Assembly: GCA_964576475.1 (NCBI GenBank)
Contig: CAZNVG010000001.1
Coordinates: forward strand, 8,367 to 72,366
Length of the DNA stretch: 64,000 nt
Reading direction: 5' to 3'
Source of the DNA: an uncultured Candidatus Saccharibacteria bacterium
GTDB taxonomy: Bacteria; Patescibacteriota; Saccharimonadia; Saccharimonadales; CAZNVG01
This document shows, in pieces, positions 56,274-64,000 of this stretch. The notes below the pieces were generated by a model. That model had not been told where the DNA came from, ran no database searches, and was given only the letters and a program-made list of their open reading frames with translations. Positions within the stretch are counted from its first letter, which is position 1. Each line of letters begins with the position of its first letter. The position numbers and the translations under genes are program-made.

Positions 56274-59225
56274 CTACGGTTTTGTGACGGTGATAGATTT
56301 CGTATCTATAACTGAATTTGAACCATCTCTAGCTTCCACAGTAATCGTATGTGAGCCGTTTCCAACCGATACGGCTTTTTGCGTAGTTGGTGCTGCGACA
56401 GTCGAAGTAGAACCTCCGTTACCGGATACAGTAACTTTGTATGAACTTGCTCCACTTTTTGCAGACCAAATGATCGTAAAGTTTGCTCCAACACTCGATC
56501 CATTACCCGGGCTAGTTATATCAAAAGACGCACTTGATCCGGATCCTCCGCCGACGCTCTGAGTTGCATTGTCAGAAGCGTCGTATAGTCCTTTGTCGAT
56601 GACTACTACACTGAACCTGTGTTCACCGGCAGAAAGTCCAGTTGCAGTAAACTCCATCGTTCCAGCACCAGCTGTTTGGTTTGACACTATTTGGTCGTCC
56701 ACTATGAACTGGATGGCGTCGAGTTCAAACTTACCCTGAGTGACACTTGCAGTCATCTTCGCACTACTATCGACACTGAGCGTAACAGTCGGTTTCGCAT
56801 CATCACAGTTGTGTACATCATCCTTATCGACAGGTGCGGCACCACCACCGCCTCCACCAGCTTGAGGGAAGCGCGTCTTTACACCTGCAAGCCATCTGCC
56901 GTACGCAGGGTCTGAGGACGGAATCTCTGCATCAACATTTCCAGCGCCCGTCATTTCTTTTCGTGCTCGCTGAGGCGTACAGTCTGTCGCCAATTTGCCA
57001 CTCACGGAGTCGACTGTATATTTGCTGTTACTATTTGCCTTCTTTGGAGTAAAGAATGATGCAAAACGATCGACTCTACCGCCGTTATCTACTTGGAACC
57101 CAGTGGTTGGATCTAAACGAACCTCTTTAATTCCTGCCGGCTTGTTGAACTTCTCGTCACCCATTCCGGCGTGTGCCGCTTTCATATAGGCAGTCCACAT
57201 TGGACCAGTCTGAAGATGCGTCGTACTGTTCATCGCGCGGTTGTCATGGTTACCAACCCAAATCCCGGTCACAATTCTGGTGGAATAACCCATCATCCAA
57301 CCATCTTTTGCATCGTTCGTCGTTCCCGTTTTACTAGCAGTAGTGATTCCTGGAATAGTAAAGTACGCATTTGAGTTGCCGAACGTCGGCACACGTGCAG
57401 CATTATCGGAGAGTATGTCATTAATGTTGTACGCTACTTGCTCATCAAGTATTCGCTTGCCTTCTGCATCTTTCCAATCCTTCAGCACTTTACCTGTTGG
57501 GCTTTCTACTCTTAATACGTACGTTTGTGGTTTGTATATACCACCACGAGCAAATAGTGAGTAAGCGTGGGTATGTTCTGCCAACTTAACTTCCGCACCA
57601 CCAATAGCCATTGAGAGACCGACTTGTGGGCAACCATCTGCACAGAACGAAGGCTCGCCTGCATCACGAATAAAGTTCATGACGTTGCCTTGACCTGCGA
57701 TATACATTGCCTTAATCGCCGGGATGTTACGAGATTCAGCCAAGGCTGATCGTATGCTTATTGCACCGCGATATCCCTTGTCAAAGTTCAGAGGTTTGTA
57801 CGCACCAAAGTCAGTAGCGACATCGTACATAGTTGAGCCTGGACCCCATTTGCCCGTCTCAAAGAGTTTTGAGTACTCAAACGGCTTGATAGAAGATCCT
57901 GGCTGTCGCATAGCTTGAGCCGCATCATAGTTTCCATAGCCAGGGTAGGTATACCCTCGTGAGCCAACGTATGCCAATACCTGGCCAGTTGCAATATCCT
58001 CAGAGACGAGTGCGGCATTATCACCTTTAGGTTCAACAGATTTCATGTTCTCAGCCATGGCTTTTTCTGCTGCTTTTTGCTTGTCGTAATCTAGTGTTGT
58101 GATGACCTTAAGCCCACCATTTAGCACCGTATTGGCGCCAAGTTCATTTTCAAGCTGTCCTTGGACTTCCTTGACGAAGTGCGGTGCATCGGGCGGCACG
58201 TCGCCGACTTTTTTATCAAGCGGAATCACCTTAGCAAGTGTATCGACTTTCTTGGCTGCCTCTGCTTCTTCTTCTTTGATATATCCTTGGTCCTTCATAA
58301 GATCAAGTACGCGATCGCGCTTAGCAATCAGACGATCAGTATTGTCACCATATGGAGAGAAAAAGGTCGGTGACTGAGGAATAGAGGCCAGCATCGCAGC
58401 CTCATCTAAGGTTAGGTCATTAGACTTCTTGTTAAAGAAACTTTTACTTGCCGACTCAATACCGTATTCGCGCGGCCCGCCGTAAGGAATCTGGTTGAGA
58501 TAAAATGCAAGGATCTGATCCTTTGAATATTTAGCTTCAATTTCTTCTGATAAAATAACTTCTTTCACTTTTCTGGTGTACGTTCTCTCGTTGCTGAGGA
58601 GCGCGTTCTTGACGAACTGCTGAGTAATAGTTGAACCGCCACCCTTACTTGAATCGCCTGTTATAACTCCAAGTGCCGCTCGAGACAGACCACTGTAGCT
58701 GAAACCGCCATGTTTATAGAAATCTTTGTCTTCAAGTGCCACAGTCGCGTTGCGAATGTATGGCGACATGTCCTTAAAGTCTATGATCGTTCTGTTCTCA
58801 GTACCTGACGTCTGGTACAACAAATGCGTACCGCTGCGATCATAGAAACGAGTAGCCTGCTTGATTTTTGCAAGTTCAGCATTGATGTCGCTCGGGAGAT
58901 CCTTTTTAAAGTATGCAAATACTGCCGCTGCCAGCAGTATCATCAGAAATAAACCAATTCCAGCAATTTTAAGCAGTTGCGTAGCGCCTTCTCGGCTAAA
59001 TACATACTTAGCGACGCGTTTAGGATGCAGTCTCCAAATGATTCGCTTCATGCGACCTTTGGGCATCAATGCAAGTCGATCTGCTTTGCGACGCATCTTT
59101 ACATCCTTACGATGCTTGAATCGATCAGCCAGATTGGTGTTTTGCTTGATTGAACTAGCTCGCGTTTTTGCCGCGCTATGTGTGTGAGATTTACGGCCAC
59201 GGCGACGGAGTGGGTTTGCATTCAT
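56274..59225 (-). CDS. class A penicillin-binding protein (PBP1A-type transglycosylase/transpeptidase) with basic N-terminal tail and C-terminal Ig-like repeats
   Basis: GT51 motifs (ALEDKDFYKHGGFS, TITQQF), transpeptidase SxxK (SSIKP) and SxN. About 95-aa Arg/Lys-rich cytoplasmic N-terminus. Confidence 0.8.
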   Translation of the reverse strand: MNANPLRRRGRKSHTHSAAKTRASSIKQNTNLADRFKHRKDVKMRRKADRLALMPKGRMKRIIWRLHPKRVAKYVFSREGATQLLKIAGIGLFLMILLAAAVFAYFKKDLPSDINAELAKIKQATRFYDRSGTHLLYQTSGTENRTIIDFKDMSPYIRNATVALEDKDFYKHGGFSYSGLSRAALGVITGDSSKGGGSTITQQFVKNALLSNERTYTRKVKEVILSEEIEAKYSKDQILAFYLNQIPYGGPREYGIESASKSFFNKKSNDLTLDEAAMLASIPQSPTFFSPYGDNTDRLIAKRDRVLDLMKDQGYIKEEEAEAAKKVDTLAKVIPLDKKVGDVPPDAPHFVKEVQGQLENELGANTVLNGGLKVITTLDYDKQKAAEKAMAENMKSVEPKGDNAALVSEDIATGQVLAYVGSRGYTYPGYGNYDAAQAMRQPGSSIKPFEYSKLFETGKWGPGSTMYDVATDFGAYKPLNFDKGYRGAISIRSALAESRNIPAIKAMYIAGQGNVMNFIRDAGEPSFCADGCPQVGLSMAIGGAEVKLAEHTHAYSLFARGGIYKPQTYVLRVESPTGKVLKDWKDAEGKRILDEQVAYNINDILSDNAARVPTFGNSNAYFTIPGITTASKTGTTNDAKDGWMMGYSTRIVTGIWVGNHDNRAMNSTTHLQTGPMWTAYMKAAHAGMGDEKFNKPAGIKEVRLDPTTGFQVDNGGRVDRFASFFTPKKANSNSKYTVDSVSGKLATDCTPQRARKEMTGAGNVDAEIPSSDPAYGRWLAGVKTRFPQAGGGGGGAAPVDKDDVHNCDDAKPTVTLSVDSSAKMTASVTQGKFELDAIQFIVDDQIVSNQTAGAGTMEFTATGLSAGEHRFSVVVIDKGLYDASDNATQSVGGGSGSSASFDITSPGNGSSVGANFTIIWSAKSGASSYKVTVSGNGGSTSTVAAPTTQKAVSVGNGSHTITVEARDGSNSVIDTKSITVTKP

Positions 59226-59442
59226 AGGTTTAGTTATCTAAATCCTTCATTTGATTAACTCTAGTCTAACGCTAGCAGTATATCGCAAGCTCGCGGGCAC
59301 GTGAAGATTGCGCTACAATGAATATCATGATAAAAAATCAAACTTATTATTCTCATTCAGAGTATCGCTAACACAAAAGATACTTTATGCTTAGTACTAA
59401 GGTAAGCGTCATCGCAGACGCAGTAATAGGATTAAAAAAACC

Positions 59443-60690
59443 GTGACACTATCAGAAGAACTCACCTGGCGGGGCTTTACGAACCAAACAACGCTTAAGG
59501 ACCGCAATCAACTCGATGCCGAGAAATTTACCGTTTATTTTGGTGTTGACCCTAGTTCTGACTCCATGACCATTGGCAACCTTGCGGGCATGATGATGGT
59601 TCGGCACTTTCAGCAGTATGGATGTAAGGTATTTCTTCTGGTTGGCGGGGCAACAGGCTTCATCGGAGACCCAGACGGCAAAGACACAGAGCGTAACTTA
59701 CAGCCACTTGAAGTAATTGATCACAACAAAAAAGCAATTGCCTCACAATTTTCTACACTCCTCGGTGAAGGCAGCTTCACGCTTGTCGACAACTACGACT
59801 GGTTCAAGGATATAAACGTTTTGGATTTTTTGCGCAACACAGGCAAACATTACTCAGTCACACAGCTACTCGATCGTGATTTCATTGCAAGTCGCATTGG
59901 TGAAGGCGGAAGTGGAATTAGCTACGCAGAGTTCAGCTACTCCTTATTACAAGGTTATGACTTCTTGCACCTTTTTAGAGAATACGGTGTAAACATGCAA
60001 CTATGCGGCGCTGACCAATGGGGTAACTCTATCAGTGGCGTTGATCTAGTTCGCAAGGTGACAGGAAAAGAAGTGCACATTTGGTCTGCGCCACTTGTCA
60101 TGAACAAATCTACAGGTAAAAAGTTTGGCAAAAGTGAAGATGGTGCGGTTTGGCTAGATGCCAAAAAGACAAGTATCTACAGCTTCTATCAGTTTTGGCT
60201 TAACACAGACGACGCAGGAGTTATTGATTATCTAAAAATCTACACGCTGCTTTCGCAGGACGAAATTGAGAAGCTTGCACAGACGACAGCAGATGAACCT
60301 GAAAAGAGAGCAGCACAAAAAACACTCGCCTATGAAGTAACAAAGCTTGTTCATGGTTTCGACGCCGCAGACAGTGTGTCGCGCATCACCCAAGTACTGT
60401 TTGGAGGTTCTTCGTACGAATTACTCCAGCCAGACGATTTTGTACAACTTGCTGAGCAATTACCGCTGGCAAATGTATCGCTCGGTGATCAGCTTATCGA
60501 GTCACTCGTAGCAACAAATCTAGCGAGTTCCAATACTGAAGCTCGTCGCTTCCTGCAAGCCGGTGCTGTTTCCCTTAACGGACAGTCCGTCACGCTTGAA
60601 ACCACTTTGGAAAAAGAAGCATTTTTGCATAATCACGCTATTCTGAAGCGAGGCAAGAACGCTACTGCTATTCTGCAGTTAGTACCATAG
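59443..60690 (+). CDS. tyrS: tyrosine--tRNA ligase
   Basis: Class I HIGH-region variant (DPSSDSMTIGNL) and KMSKS variant KFGKS. C-terminal S4-like domain. 415 aa. Confidence 0.8.
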   Translation: MTLSEELTWRGFTNQTTLKDRNQLDAEKFTVYFGVDPSSDSMTIGNLAGMMMVRHFQQYGCKVFLLVGGATGFIGDPDGKDTERNLQPLEVIDHNKKAIASQFSTLLGEGSFTLVDNYDWFKDINVLDFLRNTGKHYSVTQLLDRDFIASRIGEGGSGISYAEFSYSLLQGYDFLHLFREYGVNMQLCGADQWGNSISGVDLVRKVTGKEVHIWSAPLVMNKSTGKKFGKSEDGAVWLDAKKTSIYSFYQFWLNTDDAGVIDYLKIYTLLSQDEIEKLAQTTADEPEKRAAQKTLAYEVTKLVHGFDAADSVSRITQVLFGGSSYELLQPDDFVQLAEQLPLANVSLGDQLIESLVATNLASSNTEARRFLQAGAVSLNGQSVTLETTLEKEAFLHNHAILKRGKNATAILQLVP

Positions 60691-60700
60691 GGCACGCAAT

Positions 60701-62737
60701 ATGCGTCTAACTGACTCGATACAGTACCTAAAAGGTGTTGGTCCAGAAACAGGGATCAAACTTCAACGATTAGGTATACGTACAATCTTTGACTTAATTA
60801 ATCACTGGCCTCGACAGTATGAAGATTACTCAAAGATACAATCTATCAGGAACATCACTCCGGGCCCGGTTACTCTAGAAGTACAATTTCGTTCCGTAAA
60901 ATCTCGCTACGTTCGTCGCGGCATGCACATAACAGAAGCAACGGCTTTCGATGCGACGGGAGCTGTCAAAATAGTATGGTTCAACCAGCCGTATAGAGCA
61001 GACTCTCTAAGAAACAGTCACAGCTATTTCCTATCAGGCGAGTTGTCATTTAATAACATGCAGCTAAGCATCGTTAATCCAGCTATTGAGCTTGCTACTG
61101 ATATGCCAGCAAACACCGCACGGATTCTGCCTAAATATCGAGAAACAAAAGGCATAACATCAAATCAGCTTCGAAAACTATTCGCATCAGCACGTTCACT
61201 CATGCACGATTTACCAGAAAACTTGCCAAGCTGGATGATAGCGGAGAACGACCTCATTCCTCATGCTGCGGCAATTGAGACATTGCACTTTCCACACAGT
61301 ATAGAAGACCTTAGCGCCGCCAAGCGCCGTTTGGCATTTGAGGAGGCACTTGGGCTAACGCTCGCTACCCAAATAACACGAAAAGAAATAGAGCATGAAA
61401 AGGGAATAGCCCTGGAATATGATGAACTACTCATCAAAAACTTTGTTGCCAACCTTCCATTCACGCTAACGAAAGATCAGAAGATAGTCAGCTGGAAAAT
61501 TCTTGGCGATTTACAAGCCGCCCGTCCAATGAATCGACTCGTAGAAGGTGATGTGGGATCCGGCAAGACGGTGGTGGCAGCTATAGCCGCGCTACATACC
61601 CTCAATGCTGGCCACCAAGTGTTGCTGCTTGCGCCAACAGAGCTACTGGCTAGACAACATTATAAATCTGTCACAAATCTTCTTAAGGGATTCATCGATC
61701 CTGATCAGATCGCCTTACTAGTCGGTGGACTCAAAAAGCCTGAGAAAGAAACCGTGAAACGCTCTGCAGCCGCAAACACGCAGCGTCTCATTATAGGAAC
61801 GCACGCACTTCTAGAAGAGTCATTGGAAATGTCTTCACTTGGGCTCATCATCATTGATGAACAGCATCGGTTCGGCGTTCGTCAGCGTCAGAAACTCGTA
61901 GCAAAAGCAGGCCACATGCCGCACGTACTCAGCTTAACAGCCACACCAATTCCAAGAAGTCTGGCGCTTACGCTGTATGGCGAACTTGACGTTAGTATTA
62001 TTGCTGAGAAACCAGCAGACAGATTACCAATCCTTACTTCAATCCACTCACCTGATTCAAGGATGCAACTCTATCGTGATATAGATACCGTGATAGAGAA
62101 AGGTCAACAGCTGTATGTCGTTTGCCCGCTCATTAAAGAATCAGATGTCGTAAAGCATGTTAGCGCTCATGAGATGTATGATCTGCTGACCAAACAATAC
62201 CTCCAGCATCGCAAAATAGGGCTTCTACACGGCAAGCTAAAGGCTGCCGACAAAGACGCTGTTATGCAATCGTTTGCAAGCGGAAAGCTAGATGTTCTCG
62301 TGAGCACGACAGTTATCGAAGTAGGTGTCGACGTACCAGACGCTACAGCAATTGTGATTGAAGGAGCTGACGCTTTTGGACTGGCGCAACTCCACCAGCT
62401 GCGAGGAAGAGTCGGACGTGGCGCCGTGCAGTCACACTGCTACTTAGTCCCATCTACATCTCAAAATCCTAGTAAGCGACTTCGGGCGCTTGCATCAAGT
62501 AACGATGGCTTTAAACTCGCCGAACTAGACCTAGAGCTGCGCGGGCCTGGGCAAATTTATGGTACTTTTCAACACGGCCAACTTGATCTTCGTTTAATAC
62601 GATTGAGCGATACTAAGTTGATCGCTGCTGCACGTGAAGCTGCCAAGGCGTTTATTCAGAAGGGTGAAAGTCTGGTAGACTATCCTGAGTTAGATGCTCG
62701 AATCACTAAACTTAAACAAATAACGCACTTAAACTAA
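60701..62737 (+). CDS. recG: ATP-dependent DNA helicase RecG
   Basis: Wedge domain and SF2 helicase motifs (GDVGSGKT, DEQH, LTATPIPR). Confidence 0.9.
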   Translation: MRLTDSIQYLKGVGPETGIKLQRLGIRTIFDLINHWPRQYEDYSKIQSIRNITPGPVTLEVQFRSVKSRYVRRGMHITEATAFDATGAVKIVWFNQPYRADSLRNSHSYFLSGELSFNNMQLSIVNPAIELATDMPANTARILPKYRETKGITSNQLRKLFASARSLMHDLPENLPSWMIAENDLIPHAAAIETLHFPHSIEDLSAAKRRLAFEEALGLTLATQITRKEIEHEKGIALEYDELLIKNFVANLPFTLTKDQKIVSWKILGDLQAARPMNRLVEGDVGSGKTVVAAIAALHTLNAGHQVLLLAPTELLARQHYKSVTNLLKGFIDPDQIALLVGGLKKPEKETVKRSAAANTQRLIIGTHALLEESLEMSSLGLIIIDEQHRFGVRQRQKLVAKAGHMPHVLSLTATPIPRSLALTLYGELDVSIIAEKPADRLPILTSIHSPDSRMQLYRDIDTVIEKGQQLYVVCPLIKESDVVKHVSAHEMYDLLTKQYLQHRKIGLLHGKLKAADKDAVMQSFASGKLDVLVSTTVIEVGVDVPDATAIVIEGADAFGLAQLHQLRGRVGRGAVQSHCYLVPSTSQNPSKRLRALASSNDGFKLAELDLELRGPGQIYGTFQHGQLDLRLIRLSDTKLIAAAREAAKAFIQKGESLVDYPELDARITKLKQITHLN

Positions 62738-63558
62738 TGTTCTCAGGTACTACTTTTACGAATTACTCAGGCAATGTGCTTGGCGGCCATCAGAAAATTG
62801 ATCGCTCTGCGTATAGCATTCTTAATAAAACAGTCGATATTTCGCTGTTTCCATCTATAAAGAACATCATCCAGTTTGAGGGACGCAACGGTCCGGACGG
62901 CATTAAAGCTAAGAGTCCAGGCAAGGATGAGCCCTGGCACTACTATGATCCGTACGACGATCACGATCACAACATTATCGACATAATGGAGCATCATTAT
63001 GAAGAACTGGTCGAGGCGCTACGTGAGGGCAATCGAGAGAAGTCTGCCTTTGAAGCAGCGTGGTTAGCCCATGCCGTGGTAGACGGACTAACACCTGCTC
63101 ACCATTACCCATATGAAGAAGAGCTTGAACGACTTCGCGGAGGTCAGGGCTTAGAGTCTCGCGATAGTGTCATCAAAAAACTACTCATACCAGGAGACAA
63201 TCTAGCAGATGCAATCAAAAAGAACTGGGAAATGTGGGGGAGCAAAGGGCTGCTTAGTACCCATGCATTGTTTGAATGGGGAGTCGCACTATTAATCGCA
63301 CCTCTTCACCTTGGTAGAAAGCCGCTGTCAAAACACACCTGCAAACAAGCCGCCGAGAACGGCGTGGCTACAACGTTTAAACTAGCAGCACGTGAAATTG
63401 CTGATCAAGATATCTTCCATGCCTATTACAGATACGGCTGGAATCAAAAAATGGTTAAAGTCGTCAAAGGCTATCTGGCCCCAAAAATAGTAGAATCACT
63501 GGCAATTATTTGGTACTTGGCACTAGATGAAGCTAAAAGCGGCGAGTCACGGTTCTAG
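62737..63558 (+). CDS. hypothetical His/Asp-rich protein (possible metal-binding hydrolase fold)
   Basis: Start codon overlaps the recG stop. Motifs WHYYDPYDDHDHN and AHHYPYEE. No confident family. Confidence 0.35.
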   Translation: MFSGTTFTNYSGNVLGGHQKIDRSAYSILNKTVDISLFPSIKNIIQFEGRNGPDGIKAKSPGKDEPWHYYDPYDDHDHNIIDIMEHHYEELVEALREGNREKSAFEAAWLAHAVVDGLTPAHHYPYEEELERLRGGQGLESRDSVIKKLLIPGDNLADAIKKNWEMWGSKGLLSTHALFEWGVALLIAPLHLGRKPLSKHTCKQAAENGVATTFKLAAREIADQDIFHAYYRYGWNQKMVKVVKGYLAPKIVESLAIIWYLALDEAKSGESRF

Positions 63559-63560
63559 AC

Positions 63561-64000
63561 ATGCGCATCATAGCTGGGAGATTGGGCGGAAGAGTATTTC
63601 AATCAGGAAATCATGCCGTGACTCACGGAATGAGCGAAAAGGTACGCGGGGCGTTGTTTAATATCCTTGGAGATGTAACAGACAAAACAATGCTTGATGC
63701 TTTTGCCGGTACTGGAGCTATAGGCATAGAAGCATTGAGCCGAGGTGCAAGGAGCGCACTCATGATAGAAAAAGATCGCTCAGCGGCAGCCAGTATCAAA
63801 ACAGCGTTGAGTGAGCTGGGTCTGCAAAATCATGGAAAAGTAGTTGCCGCTAACTGTCGTTCATGGAGTGAAAATAACCCGTCAATATATTTCGACATCA
63901 TAATTTGCGACCCGCCGTACCATGACATGCAGTTATCCACAGTTAATTTGTTAACTAGGCATATGAAAAGCGAGAGCATTATGGTAATATCCCACCCAGG
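63561..64000 (+). CDS. rsmD: 16S rRNA (guanine966-N2)-methyltransferase RsmD, 3'-truncated by the window
   Basis: MRIIAGRLGGRVF...LDAFAGTGAIGIEALSRGA...DPPY are RsmD SAM-MTase motifs. Confidence 0.7.
   Translation, partial: MRIIAGRLGGRVFQSGNHAVTHGMSEKVRGALFNILGDVTDKTMLDAFAGTGAIGIEALSRGARSALMIEKDRSAAASIKTALSELGLQNHGKVVAANCRSWSENNPSIYFDIIICDPPYHDMQLSTVNLLTRHMKSESIMVISHP

Noticed and set aside
59226-59442. T-box riboswitch leader upstream of tyrS
   Set aside because: No T-box consensus (AATTAGGGTGGTACCGCG-like) or specifier/antiterminator architecture is visible in the 217-bp leader.
1-64000. CRISPR arrays, rRNA genes, transposases/integrases
   Set aside because: No spacer-repeat periodicity was seen apart from the PT-linker repeat. 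No ORF resembles an integrase, transposase or Cas protein. No rRNA-like conserved stretches were seen.

Overview
This is a gene-dense bacterial chromosome segment with short intergenic regions, and most genes are on the + strand. Gene content suggests a small-genome monoderm bacterium, possibly Patescibacteria/Saccharibacteria-like; that is an inference, not a database result. I found no rRNA, no canonical tRNA and no CRISPR array.

The window is dominated by housekeeping genes:
- Translation and RNA: pheS-pheT, gatC-gatA-gatB, tyrS, rplS, rnhB, yraN, nusA, rsmD.
- DNA metabolism: uvrB, dnaE, radA, recG.
- Proteostasis and envelope: clpC, pepN, a PBP1A, pilB.
- Central carbon: a long sugar-phosphate operon gap-rpiB-rpe-tktN-tktC-fba-pfkB behind one sigma70-like promoter. 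It continues into an uncharacterised 413-aa protein translationally coupled to a LOG-family protein.
- Redox and small enzymes: trxB, a glutaredoxin-like protein, NUDIX, FKBP, ppa, malic enzyme, GDPD.

Features the housekeeping genes do not explain:
- A heliorhodopsin-like 7-TM gene (44820-45587).
- A three-gene cassette of proteins with no recognisable family (2288-4646).
- A 68-nt tRNA-like element that is not a canonical tRNA, with a strong promoter upstream and a GC-rich island downstream encoding two small zinc-ribbon proteins (11404-12368).
- A cytochrome-b5-like secreted or anchored protein.
- A surface module: a CAP-domain protein with a Pro-Thr tandem repeat, plus a fasciclin-domain protein.
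- Several single-gene insertions of unknown proteins inside otherwise conserved operons (gatCAB, rplS-rnhB-yraN, clpC-radA).

All coordinates follow the supplied ORF track, with start codons refined by eye from RBS context where stated.
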